Positions 26,188 through 38,857 of a DNA stretch of 64,000 nucleotides are shown here, one piece after another; position 1 is the first letter of the stretch, and the number at the start of each line of letters is the position of its first letter. A program made the translations under genes and the position numbers. The stretch lies in NCBI RefSeq assembly GCF_001194135.2, contig NC_068994.1:44463597-44527596 (forward strand). The letters run 5' to 3'. The DNA comes from Octopus bimaculoides. Taxonomy: Eukaryota. Under the pieces are notes generated by a model. It was not told the origin of the DNA and did no database searches. It was given only the letters and a program-made list of their open reading frames with translations.

Positions 26188-28617
26188 NNNNNNNNNNNNN
26201 NNNNNNNNNNNNNNNNNNNNNNNNNNNNNNNNNNNNNNNNNNNNNNNNNNNNNNNNNNNNNNNNNNNNNNNNNNNNNNNNNNNNNNNNNNNNNNNNNNNN
26301 NNNNNNNNNNNNNNNNNNNNNNNNNNNNNNNNNNNNNNNNNNNNNNNNNNNNNNNNNNNNNNNNNNNNNNNNNNNNNNNNNNNNNNNNNNNNNNNNNNNN
26401 NNNNNNNNNNNNNNNNNNNNNNNNNNNNNNNNNNNNNNNNNNNNNNNNNNNNNNNNNNNNNNNNNNNNNNNNNNNNNNNNNNNNNNNNNNNNNNNNNNNN
26501 NNNNNNNNNNNNNNNNNNNNNNNNNNNNNNNNNNNNNNNNNNNNNNNNNNNNNNNNNNNNNNNNNNNNNNNNNNNNNNNNNNNNNNNNNNNNNNNNNNNN
26601 NNNNNNNNNNNNNNNNNNNNNNNNNNNNNNNNNNNNNNNNNNNNNNNNNNNNNNNNNNNNNNNNNNNNNNNNNNNNNNNNNNNNNNNNNNNNNNNNNNNN
26701 NNNNNNNNNNNNNNNNNNNNNNNNNNNNNNNNNNNNNNNNNNNNNNNNNNNNNNNNNNNNNNNNNNNNNNNNNNNNNNNNNNNNNNNNNNNNNNNNNNNN
26801 NNGGGGTGGGGTGGGGGTGGAGGAGGATGAGGAGCTTGCTTCCCGACAGTTTCCATCTAACGAAAATTCACTCAGGCCTGGGGCTATAGCAGAAGACACA
26901 CTGACCACTCCCCCTACTTGGCCATACAGTCACCACACGATAACCATTCACCTACACTCTCCTTGTATCCTTGTCATACAGACCTCCCACATTGACCACA
27001 CCCTTACTTATAGCCACATACACTGACCACCCACTCACAGAAACTCCTACAAAGCCATCCCAAGTTCTTTCAAACTTCCCTTCTTTTACAAACTATACAA
27101 ACTCACATCTCTAAGCAGCCATTTGAGCTAATAGAAATAGCAGCTAAATCGCCCTCAGGCTGCACCCTGATGTTTTACAAATAGAAGTATGCATTGGAGA
27201 ATGCTGCAAATTCTGACTTAAGATACACACTGTCCAAAAAAGGTGACCGGATGATTAAAGCTGAAACACTTTTGATTACACTGTGTAACAAAATTTTTAT
27301 CTATTTATTGTCTTTGGTCAGTAAATGTTATTTCCTATTTGCTTCTATCTAGAAATCAGAGAAAATCACTACTATTCCTTTCAAACTTGCTTTTGTGATC
27401 TGGACATGAATGATTTGAAACTGACCCATTTTCCATTACATTTCAGACAGATTCAGTGCTGAGCTGCTGAAGCAGAAATATCGTTATAGCAAATATTCTG
27501 CTCAATACCACAGATTTGCTTGTCACTTGCTTGACCTTAACTAGTTGAGCATGTCCCTTAGTGGCTGACAAAATGCGCACTTCTGATCATGAGTAGGAGT
27601 AGTGGGGGAGCATCATAGCCATGTGTTGAGAGGGATTCTCTGGGGGTTTGAATGAATGTAATAAAAGTAAAGTTTGAAGGAAAAATTAGCCATTTTTCAT
27701 ACATTCTAGGAGTAAGCAAACAGGAAATAACAGCTGCTACCCAAGGACAGATATTGTGTTATATAGTGTTATAGATCTACTCAATTCGAGCTGAGTTGAG
27801 GCTAAACAACATCAACAACAACAACACTGTCAGCAACAGATCCAAAATATAAAGATATTTCATAAATTGTAGACCAAGAATGTTTGATACAATTGTGTGC
27901 ACACACTGTTAACAAATATCCTTGCCATATACGATGCACACACAATTCACCTTAGTTTTATATAGGATTGTATATTTGGGGTCAAACATTGAATAAGCAA
28001 AACCCTTTTTCTTTATATATATTGATTTCTATTGACTAGGCACAAAGCCAAATTTTGTAAAAGAAAGCTCTATTCATATGAAATAAACCCCATTATATAT
28101 AGTGATTTGTTTTATCAACCCATGGGGTATAATATTTCAATGTTAAGTCCTATGAGATTTGAATTCATAACATGGAGATGCAACTAATTATTACAAGACT
28201 CTGTTAGTTTTGCCAACTCACCATTCCAATCTTGCATACATTAACTATTATATTACTGTTATGAAATGATACCAGTTATGCCTTCCAGCACAAACATATA
28301 AACATGGTTAATAAACTATTTCTATGAAGTATTCTATGTATTTTATAGTTTCTGTTGTGCGTTCTATAAATATAGGATATAACTACCATTTAAGTGTGAA
28401 ATTTCATTTAATGAAACAATGTTGGAATTTACCTAATTAATGCTGAGCATACTAATTTTCGGTAGTAACAAGGTTTTTTTTTTGGTTCCTTTGTTGTTTT
28501 TCTTTTAGTTTTTTTTTAGTTTTTTTTTTTTTATTATTTGTGAGTGTATGCAAAAAGAAGAATATTTAAATTTTTATTTAGGTTAGAAATTCAAGTTCTA
28601 AATATTCACCATGTTCT

Positions 28618-28653
<36 letters not shown>

Positions 28654-28921
28654 CGCGCGTATAAATTCTTGTATTCTTTTATTTGTTTCAGTCNNNNNNN
28701 NNNNNNNNNNNNNNNNNNNNNNNNNNNNNNNNNNNNNNNNNNNNNNNNNNNNNNNNNNNNNNNNNNNNNNNNNNNNNNNNNNNNNNNNNNNNNNNNNNNN
28801 NNNNNNNNNNNNNNNNNNNNNNNNNNNNNNNNNNNNNNNNNNNNNNNNNNNNNNNNNNNNNNNNNNNNNNNNNNNNNNNNNNNNNNNNNNNNNNNNNNNN
28901 NNNNNATATATATATATATAT

Positions 28922-29310
28922 ATATACGACAGGTTTCTTTCAGTTTCCGTCTACCAAATCCACTCACAAGGCTTTGGTCGGCCCGAGGCTATAGTGGAAG
29001 ACACTTGCCCAAGGTGTCATGCAGTGGGACTGAACCCGGAACCATGTGGTTGGGAAGCAAGCTTCTTACCACACAGCCACAGCTGCGCCTATAAATATAT
29101 ATATATATGGTATTACACACACATAAACACACACATATATAATGTAGTATATATATATATATATGCAACAGGTGTCTTTCAGTTCCTGTCTACCAAATCC
29201 ACTTAAAAAAGCTTTGGTCACACCAGGGCTCTATTAGAAAACAGAGTGGTATTGAACCTAAAACCATGTAGTCGGAAAGGGAACTTCTTAACCACACAGT
29301 CACACCTGAA
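28922..29310 (-). mobile_element. Two SINE family B 5' halves in tandem
   Basis: 28922-29090 well preserved (ends ccacagctgcgcct); 29165-29310 more decayed. Confidence 0.8.
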
Positions 29311-30925
29311 CTTATTCTTAATTAACCGGAATTTCCTTCTTAGACAGAGAATGAAGATAAACATCCAGCAACAACTGTTAGTGATTCTCAAAGGAAAGGG
29401 GAGATAATTTAAAGAAGCTAGGCATCAATCTTTGGAACTTTGGCTAATATGCTTAGGAGGAGAACAGTTTCATCCTGGTAGGTTGCAATGCAGAGAGCAG
29501 CACAGAATGTGGCAGCAGAGAAACGGTCAGGGGTCATAAACCTAGATGTAACCCAGCACCCTTGGAGTGTAAAGAGTTAAATGCCAACATGCTTGAGGTG
29601 GTATTGGTGGGGATTCTTCTCTGAGGGTCTTCTGCTCTTCAGTTCTCCCTAGAGTTTCTTATTGTTTTGTTTACAAGTAAGGGACAAACCGTGAACATGT
29701 TTTTTGGTCTGTCATACTTCATCGATGTTACTAGTCAAGTACTGGGGTGAATAAAATTATGGCTCTTGTAGGAGAAATCATTATCATCATCATCATCCTC
29801 ATCATCCATCATCATTATCATCATCATCATCATCATCATCATAATCACGCTCATCATCAACACTCATCATCATCGTTATCATCAACACTATCACCACCAC
29901 CACCACCACCAACAACAACAACATTATTCTTGTTATCATCATTGTCATCATCATCATTGTTGTTGTTGTCATCATTATNNNNNNNNNNNNNNNNNNNNNN
30001 NNNNNNNNNNNNNNNNNNNNNNNNNNNNNNNNNNNNNNNNNNNNNNNNNNNNNNNNNNNNNNNNNNNNNNNNNNNNNNNNNNNNNNNNNNNNNNNNNNNN
30101 NNNNNNNNNNNNNNNNNNNNNNNNNNNNNNNNNNNNNNNNNNNNNNNNNNNNNNNNNNNNNNNNNNNNNNNNNNNNNNNNNNNNNNNNNNNNNNNNNNNN
30201 NNNNNNNNNNNNNNNNNNNNNNNNNNNNNNNNNNNNNNNNNNNNNNNNNNNNNNNNNNNNNNNNNNNNNNNNNNNNNNNNNNNNNNNNNNNNNNNNNNNN
30301 NNNNNNNNNNNNNNNNNNNNNNNNNNNNNNNNNNNNNNNNNNNNNNNNNNNNNNNNNNNNNNNNNNNNNNNNNNNNNNNNNNNNNNNNNNNNNNNNNNNN
30401 NNNNNNNNNNNNNNNNNNNNNNNNNNNNNNNNNNNNNNNNNNNNNNNNNNNNNNNNNNNNNNNNNNNNNNNNNNNNNNNNNNNNNNNNNNNNNNNNNNNN
30501 NNNNNNNNNNNNNNNNNNNNNNNNNNNNNNNNNNNNNNNNNNNNNNNNNNNNNNNNNNNNNNNNNNNNNNNNNNNNNNNNNNNNNNNNNNNNNNNNNNNN
30601 NNNNNNNNNNNNNNNNNNNNNNNNNNNNNNNNNNNNNNNNNNNNNNNNNNNNNNNNNNNNNNNNNNNNNNNNNNNNNNNNNNNNNNNNNNNNNNNNNNNN
30701 NNNNNNNNNNNNNNNNNNNNNNNNNNNNNNNNNNNNNNNNNNNNNNNNNNNNNNNNNNNNNNNNNNNNNNNNNNNNNNNNNNNNNNNNNNNNNNNNNNNN
30801 NNNNNNNNNNNNNNNNNNNNNNNNNNNNNNNNNNNNNNNNNNNNNNNNNNNNNNNNNNNNNNNNNNNNNNNNNNNNNNNNNNNNNNNNNNNNNNNNNNNN
30901 NNNNNNNNNNNNNNNNNNNNNNNNN

Positions 30926-31283
30926 AGGGTTCCAGTTGATCCGATCAACGGAACAGCCTGCTCGTGAAATTAACGTGCAAGTGGCTGAGCACTCCACAGA
31001 CACGTGTACCCTTAACGTAGTTCTCGGGGATATTCAGCGTGACACAAAGTGTGACAAGGCTGACCCCTTTGAATTACAGGCACAACAGAAACAGGAAGTA
31101 AGAGTGAGAGAAAGTTGTGGTGGAAGAGTACAGCAAGGTTTGCCACCATCCCCTGCCAGAGCCTCGTGGAGCTTTTAGGTGTTTTCGCTCAATAAACACT
31201 CACAACGCCCGGTCTGGGAATCGAAACCGCGATCCTCTGACCACGAGTCCGCTGCCCTAACCACTGGGCCATTGCGCCTGCAC
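30926..31283 (-). mobile_element. tRNA-derived SINE family C (3' end lost in the gap)
   Basis: Near-identical reverse complement of 35849-36200. Confidence 0.9.
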
Positions 31284-31399
31284 TCAGCTAACAATATATA
31301 AACAACAAAATCATCATAGTTATGTAAGGTAGTGTTCTAAGTCCTTTTATTAATCATCATACACTCAGATGTGATTAGAGAATTAATTCACTACAGTTC

Positions 31400-31890
31400 T
31401 TAGTTACATGGATGCAGCTATGGTAACACTTAAGGTAAGGACAGCATGGAATGCTCTTGACAAGCTTAGAATAATTATGGAAGTTTTCCTTTACTGAGAA
31501 CATGAAGAGGAGTTTCTTCAAAGCAATTGTTGAATCTCTATAGGTCTTCAGCATGGACACTGAAGCATGATGGTACATAAACGAGAATTCTTCATGCAGT
31601 TCTCAATCTTTCTTGGCAGCAATCTCTACACAGCAGTAAGTGTACATCTTCCTATCATCGCCTCAGCAATCAAAGGAAGAAGAACACATTATGCTGGACA
31701 ATGCTGGAGGAGCAAAGATGATATATCCATTCATTGCTTTCTCTGGAAACCTATGCATGGACATCCAGGTATTAACAGACCAAGGAGAGCATATATGGTT
31801 CAACTTGTGGAAGACATTGGATATCAAGTTGAGGATAGGAAGACTTGCTATGAAGGATCAAGACAACTGGCATAAAGAGTTATATTTGTC
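31400..31890 (+). mobile_element. Degenerate RTE-like LINE ORF2 C-terminus (second subclade)
   Basis: KVRTAWNALDK, MKRSFFKAIVES, IKGRRTHYAGQCWRSKDD and RPRRAYMVQLVEDIG. Confidence 0.7.
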
Positions 31891-33030
31891 TGGGTAAGTC
31901 ACCCATCTGGAGAGATAGAGAAAGATTAGGACAGAAAATGATATCTCACAACTTTGCAGATAACAGGACAGAGAAAAATATGAAGTTCAAATCAAAAAAG
32001 ATCTGTGCTTTATGAAATAGTAAAGAATTATTCAATGCACAACTGCAAAAATAAAGAATCAATCTTAAACAATTACAACACAGGAATCACCAACTCTGAT
32101 AATGCATCTTCCTAACCCACTCAGCTGTTGTAAGCATCAGGTCAGATGCTAACCTTCTTTATTAAAGACCTTGAAGTATTGTAAGCATTATAGCAAACAA
32201 TAGCTCTGAACCATATAAATAACTACTCAGAAGATTGTCCTTCAATATTCTTTGTATATCAAGGAGTACATTGCCAGATATATCCTTCCTTCATTTTGAA
32301 AAGGTGATGAGAGAAAGAGATGTGGCTACTATTTCTGGTAGGTTGAGTACCTGCATGAGGGCTCCGTTTTTGGCTTATAAGGCTTAAATTATTATATAGA
32401 TAGTGGTAAAAGTATATACAAAAAAAAAAAAACTAATAAAAATCTAGTGAAAGAAATACAACGATTTGAAATTACCACTCTTCTGCCATAAAATGTGTGA
32501 GATTACATTGCAGAGAAGCATCAAGGGCACTAACTGTGGTTAGATGACTCATTAAAGATCTAACTTGCAGATATGTGCTTTTTAAAATGTTTATTTATTA
32601 AATAAAACTAATCTATAGCAGTAAGATATGTGATGCCAACAGATATTAAAGAATGCATGAATGAGTGCTACTGGCTGACTGCAAAGACTAACAATTGTAG
32701 CAGCAGCGGAAGAGAAAGAGAGAGAGAGACTTGAAATGATATTGGCAAGTGATCTATGAATATTGTGGTCTAATCAATCAATATTCTAACTATATTATGT
32801 AAGTATGATAGAGTCAATTGCTTAATTTGTTTTTTCTTGATAATTAGAGGTAATTCATCAATGGGTAATATTGACTTTGAGAAAGGAATAGGAGTTAGGA
32901 TGTTGGAACTTTGCCATTGGATTCCAGCCCTGGTTCAGATTGTGAACTACATGTAGCAACAAAATACTCCACATGAAACTTTACCATGTATCCACCTGTC
33001 AGATATATTATTTAACTTTGAGAGGTTCTA

Positions 33031-33330
33031 TGAAGGGATGCTGAAAAGTTCCTGGCTTTGAGTAAAAGAAAATACAGAAGGATCGATCAGTTGATTATGA
33101 TTTCATTTAATGTATTCCCCTCTCAGGTTCACATACTTATTGCAGCAGTCCTTCAGTTTTTCTAAGCCCTGTAAAAGGATATGGATGGTTGGGCCCCCAA
33201 CCAGGCCATTCACAATACCCTTAAAGCACTCCTTCATATAAGAGTGAATTATATTTTTTATGGTTAATACTCCAAGACCTGGGTCTCTGTGTCTAATTTT
33301 ACCCACCTCCTGGTCTTCTGAGCAAAAAAA
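33031..33330 (-). mobile_element. Mariner remnant, 3' end with TIR
   Basis: TA|TGAAGGGATGCTGAAAAGTTCC terminus; minus-strand LQGLEKLKDCCNKYVNLRGEYIK* resembles the mariner transposase C-terminus. Confidence 0.7.
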
Positions 33331-33335
33331 TAAAT

Positions 33336-33780
33336 AGTTGTAGCTGTGTGGTAAGAAGCTTGCTTCCCAACCACATGGCTCCAAGTTCAGTCCCACTGTG
33401 TGGCACCTTGGGCAAGTGTCTTCTACTACAGCCTCAGGCCCACCAGAGCCTTGAGAATGGATTTGGTAGACAGACATTGAAAGAAGCCTGTCATATGTAT
33501 ATATGTGTGTATACATATGTGTGTATACATATGTGTGTATACATATGTGTGTGTGTGTTTGTCCCCCACCATCGCTTGACCACCAATATTGGTGTGTCTA
33601 TGTCCCCGTAACTTAGCAGTTCAGCAAAAGAGACCAAAAGAATAAGTACTAGGCTTACAAAGAATAGGCCCGAGGTGGAGTGGGGGTCGATTTCTTTGAC
33701 TAAAACCCTTTAAGGTGGTGCTCCAGCATGACTGCAGTCAAATGACTGAAACAAGTAAAAGAATAAAAGAATGAAAGAAT
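33336..33780 (+). mobile_element. SINE family B, full length
   Basis: Same head, body and tail as 21364-21775. Confidence 0.9.
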
Positions 33781-33940
33781 ATACAGTTCAAGAGTAACAA
33801 TTGCAAGCAAACTAATGGACAGAATTGGTTGCATCTTCTTTTTCTGTGTGTTCTTCCTGACTGCTCTACTGGGAATCCAGCAGAGATGACGTTTAATCTA
33901 TTCCCCTAATAGTAGGAATACGGTGTGACAGGGTTAGAAA

Positions 33941-34367
33941 CAGGCCCTGATTAAGACCCATCGAGATCCTAAGCACTTAAAAGATTTTGGTGCCCCCATA
34001 AAAGATTATGTAATTCAAAATATAAACAATAACTGACCATAAAATAAATATTTTATTTTTCAAAACGAAACAAAACAGTAAGAGGGAAAATAGTGTTTAT
34101 TTTTGTATACTTCCACTTTATTTATATTTGAAAAGTTTCCTCCTACTTTTTTGAATTGCAAAGTCTTTGGTTAGATCCTCAAAATTAATCTTAGGTAACG
34201 CATCTACATCTATACTTAGTAGAGATAAAGGTATCCTGAATATTATTTTAGCAAGTTTAAAGTGGTTTCTTTTGTGCCGTAAACCATATACCATTTCTGT
34301 GGTGCCCCCTCCTTCCCTTGATGCCCTAAGTACATGCTTATTTTGCTTAATGGTTAATCCAGCACTG
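33941..34367. mobile_element. hAT-like MITE
   Basis: Imperfect TIRs CAGGCCCTGATTAA / rc CAGTGCTGGATTAA; 8-bp flanks gttagaaa / attaaaaa (6 of 8 match). Confidence 0.5.
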
Positions 34368-34667
34368 ATTAAAAATATCGATTATAGACACCCCAACCAC
34401 AAGATTATCCATTATTTTTCCAACAACAACCTCTGAGTTCCTTTCTGAATCCCATATGTCTAACACTTGTCAGTATGCTTACAAAATCAGAAAACAGCAC
34501 AGCACCCATGACTTTCAGAAACGTTTCTTTCTCTTTTTCCATGAATTACTGAAACATGGAATAGATTACTCACAACAGTTGTTAACTGTTGGAACAATAC
34601 AGCCTTCAAGACTTCCATGCTTCCTGGAATTCGCCAACAGTTCACCTGTTGTTCCTGTTCCACATTT

Positions 34668-35020
34668 TTTCCTCTGTATTGTTTTCAGTCATGTTTGTTT
34701 CCTTGTTTGTCCGTGAACAAGATATCTCAAGAACCACTGGATGGATTTGAATGAAACTTTCAGGAATGTTTGGCCTCATGACTGGTACAAACTGATTAGA
34801 TTTTGGAATCAATCTGGTACCGGACAAGGATTCTGGATTATTTTTTCCTGTTTTTTTACTTAATTTTTGATAGCAATTGGGTTCATTTTTAATATTCTTG
34901 TTTGTGAGAGCAGTCGACTTTATTTCAGATATTCTCATTTTAAAAACCATCTCTGGCTAATCACTGAGAGGAAGTTGGTGTTACCTTGGAAGAGGTTTGC
35001 GCTCTCTGAGTGCTCTTGTT
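34668..35020 (+). mobile_element. Helentron-associated non-autonomous element (HINE/DINE-1-like)
   Basis: 3' subTIR-like CCTTGGAAGAGG (34984-34995), hairpin GCGCTC-TCT-GAGTGC (34999-35013), TT end; 5' gtttgtttccttgtttgtcc and ggatttgaatgaaacttt blocks; 5' subTIR appears deleted. Confidence 0.6.
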
Positions 35021-35149
35021 ATATCTTTTTTAAGACCCATTCACATTTCACTTTCATGTCTTTTTGTGTATTATTCCATGTACTGCACATGCACTTTTGG
35101 TTGCCTTTTCTGAAGAGATTTAATGCACCACCAACACTATACAATAAGA

Positions 35150-35184
<35 letters not shown>

Positions 35185-35848
35185 CCATTGTTGTTGTCGT
35201 TGTCATCATCAATAAGTCCATGTGGCATTTTGTAACATTAAAGTGCTCAGGTGTGGTTAAGAAGTTTGTTTCATGACTACATGGTCCCACTGCACAGCAT
35301 TTTCGGTAAATATATTCTACCACAGACTCAGATCAACCAAAACCTTGGGAGCGAAATTTTGTGGACAGAAACTATGCAGAAATCCATTAGAAGGATTGAA
35401 CTTGTTTTTGGCTGATAGACTTAATTTTGTCTTCTGTAGCGCATTGCCCCATGAACTCATAAGAGACGAACTGTAAACAAGGACATTCACTGAAGACTAG
35501 TTATCAAGCTGAGACTTCTGGTTTGGTGACAAATGAGACCCAAACTTAAATGGCTGATTGTACTCTCTCTCATGTCGGAGATGATTGATACAGAATAAAC
35601 AACACTTCAACAGACTCTCGTTTGTGATTATCTTTATGTATAGCTTTACAAAAGCTATACACCCATTTTAATATCACCTGGGCCTTGAAAGCTTTTAGCT
35701 GAGTCCACTCTGTGGGAAGCCTTTGAGCCAGGTCTCTGGTCAACATTCTGAGAATAACCCACTTGTACCGGTTACAGAGGCCTGTTACATGGTTTCTTGG
35801 TTACCGTTGCTGTGGGGTTGCGATATTGGATGTGTATAGTGTTGTTGA

Positions 35849-36234
35849 GTGGAGGCACAATGGCCCAGTAGTTAGAGCAGCGGACTCGCGGTCATAGGAT
35901 TGCGGTTTCGATTCCCAGACCAGGCGTTGTGAGTGTTTATTGAGCGAAAACACCTAAAGCTCCACGAGGCTCCGGCAGGGGATGGTGGCGAACCCTGCTG
36001 TACTCTTTCACCACAACTTTCTCTCTCTCTTACTTCCTGTTTCTGTTGTGCCTGTAATTCAAAGGGTCAGCCTTGTCACACTGTGTCACGCTGAATATCC
36101 CCCGAGAACTACGTTAAGGGTACACGTGTCTGTGGAGTGCTCAGCCACTTGCACGTTAATTTCATGAGCAGGCTGTTCCGTTGGTCAGATCAACTGGAAC
36201 CCTCGGCGTCGTAAGCGACGGAGTGCCAACAACA
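35849..36234 (+). mobile_element. SINE family C, full length with target-site duplication
   Basis: tRNA-like head (TGGCCCAGTAGTTAG, GGTTTCGATTCC), (CAA) tail; TSD AGTGTTGTTGA 35838-35848 and AGTGCTGTTGA 36235-36245. Confidence 0.92.
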
Positions 36235-38590
36235 AGTGCTGTTGAAGACCATCATTATGTGGTCTAGCTGGTTGCATGTATAATAAATGAAGCAACTCAT
36301 GAACTTTTGACTTTCAGCATATTTATTGCTGGACATGGTTTACTGTGTTGGCTGTTTACAAAAGAAAAATGCTGGTAATATAACTGCTGACTGGGAGGAG
36401 AGAACCTCCCTGTGTCTTGTAGAAGGTTAGCAGTGGTGTATCATGTGTGGATGTCCAAAGTCATCTCTTGCTCAAGGTGGTCTGTTCAAGTGCCTGATGT
36501 GATCTGATATTAGTAATTTGCCTTTTGCTCAAAGTGGTTTGTGCGAATACCTGATGCTGTCTGGCAGAGATAGGTGCCAAACAGTTTTTATAGGGTGAAA
36601 AGGGGGTTGAATTTTAGATCATTTGAGGAGCCATATCACACTACAGCTTCACACTGATTGGGCGATTTACAGATCAATCATGTGAAACTATGGTCGCTTA
36701 CTTGGTAATCCTAACTGAATATCTTGCAGTTGGGGTTCAAATCCCTACAGGCCTTTATAAGGGTTGAGGGCACTGATCTTCCATTTCAAAGTCATTAAAA
36801 AATATCTAAGCCAATAAATTACATATTTCTGACTCCATAACCCTAAATCCCTTGAAAAATAAAATTTTTTTTAAATATATAAAATTTATATCTACTGACA
36901 TAGGGCTAATGTACACAAGCTGACAAAAAAAAAAAAACTTTTATTTCAAACACATTCTATAAAATTCTCCACATACTCTTTTAAGTTTCAATTTGTTTCT
37001 GATTTACCTAAATATTAGAACTATTACCTAAATGTTAGAACCATCTGCACCTTTCCCATAAGTATTAATGTTGGAATTACACAGAGAAAACAAAATTTCA
37101 AGTTGATTAAATAGTCTTTTACCAGTTTCAAAATTGATGACAGAATTATCTTCCTTAAACGTTTTGATTTTTACTAAACATGAAAACATCTATAGCAGAC
37201 AAATGTTTGTGAACAGCTAGTCTCTCCGTCAAGAAATATGGGTCTTCAGCATTCATTACTGTTTAGAAATTCCAAGTCAGAGAAGTTGAAAGAGTTGAAA
37301 AGGATTAAGAAACAAATGAAAATTTTAAAAAATAAAAAGAGAAAGAGAGAAAGCAAGATAAAATATCCTACAATGAGATTATAAGTTTTAATCTAATCAA
37401 TCTTATATGATGCCTATATTTAAAGAGAGCTGGTGATGAGAATAAAATACAGAGAGTATCTAAGGGCTAATCTGTAGCAATTCATTGGATAATTCACTGA
37501 TTGGAGCAGAGCTTAAAACAGACAGTAATAGTGTAGTGAACTTAGGTAGAACTTGAAGGTGATATCCCTAATGAGTCAGTCTGTTATTTCGTTGTAAACA
37601 TTGTGTAATTAGTGTAGTTAATCTGATAGAAGAAGGGAGTAGCATCCTTAACGACTGGCAACGTTGTTTCAAAGATAATTGCTAGAAAATAAGATGCATT
37701 AGAGAGGAACAACAAATTATAAAAGCTTAAGTTGTGAACCCAGAAGGTGTGGGTAAAGTGTGGTAGCTAGAAGCAACAATAAGAATCTAGAGAGAACTTT
37801 TGGTTGAAAGCAATATGTCAGATTTATATAGCAAGGTGTATAAGATGTCTGCTAATGTTCTCTAATATGATTGTGTATTGTGAATTGCATAATAGTATGT
37901 TCACATGACTGAGTATGTCCTTGAGGAGAATGTCTTTAATAAAACTGACACACTTCTTCAGACTGGGAAAAGAAACAGTTATAAAAAATGTAACAATAAG
38001 AAAATGTTAGATAAGAAAGATAAGAGAAGATAGTTGATTAAAATCTAGCCAAGTGGAAATAACCGAGTGATGAAGGGAGAGGCAGCTATTGAGGTTAGTT
38101 TCAATGTTATTAGTAAGGCTTTCATGTGGGAAAGAAGTAAAGAAAGCTACAAGTCTATCAGAGATGGATGATGGGACATTTGAAAGTATTAAGCTATACA
38201 GGTATAATATTAATTCACCACTTTGTCAATCAGGTTGTGGCTATTCTTTAACCCCAGGTTGGATACAATCAAACAGATTTATGATCAGGGAGGTATGACA
38301 ACCCTTCCTTTTTTTTAAGTATAGTGTACTGTGGACTACATTATTCAATGTAATGTATCAGTTTTTAAGGCAACAGAGTATGAGTCAAGAGAGATTCAAA
38401 AAGAGATTGGAATGGTAAAATTGGAAGAGTGGTAGATAAAATGCTTCACAATATGATATTTAATTTTGTTGTTTGCATTTCATAACTTAACTAAAGTTAA
38501 CTTTATCTGTCATCCTTTATAAAATGACATGCCAGACAAGCAAGCAGGTAGTTTTCTACTTGTCACTAACATAAAGATATGCATTATATA

Positions 38591-38810
38591 CATCGGTCAT
38601 GTGATGCAAATGGATGCTGACAGTTCCATAAAGAAGTGCCGATTTCTCAAAGTAGATGGAACACGTGGAAGTGGAAGACCAAGGAAGGCAAGGGACGAAG
38701 TACTGAAGGACGGCCTCAAAATACTGAATCTTTCAGACAAGATAACAAAGGATCGAAATATCTGGTGCCACGCTGTAGTCAAGAAGACCCATTCCCCACA
38801 GCAGAAGTGA
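38591..38810 (+). mobile_element. RTE-clade LINE ORF2 C-terminal fragment
   Basis: GHVMQMDADSSIKKCRFLKVDGTRGSGRPRKARDEVLKDGL. Confidence 0.85.
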
Positions 38811-38857
38811 TAAGGTTGCTCACCCTAGTGAAGAGGATTGGCCTGCAAGAGTCCTGA

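Larger units (their letters stand above)
16730..26190. repeat. Mixed trinucleotide repeat field (CAC/CAA/CAT/TAC and complements) with embedded family I copies
   Basis: Continuous triplet microsatellites; poly-V/T/H/D/L ORFs in several frames on both strands. Confidence 0.9.

Noticed and set aside
26803-26830. G-quadruplex-like GGGGTGGGGTGGGGG run
   Set aside because: It abuts an assembly gap within low-complexity sequence; no supporting context.
29320-29660. Possible exon or RTE RT fragment (KGKGD-like)
   Set aside because: Only one short motif across frameshifts and no good splice sites; too weak to call.
35849-35925. Functional tRNA genes at SINE heads (also 13091-13150 and 21364-21430)
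   Set aside because: A/B boxes are present but the cloverleaves are incomplete and each head continues into a repeat body.
37150-37380. Long minus-strand pyrimidine tract with an AG near 37260 as the exon 2 acceptor
   Set aside because: Phase-0 joining gives an immediate TAA, and the open frame needs a different phase; unsupported without RNA data.
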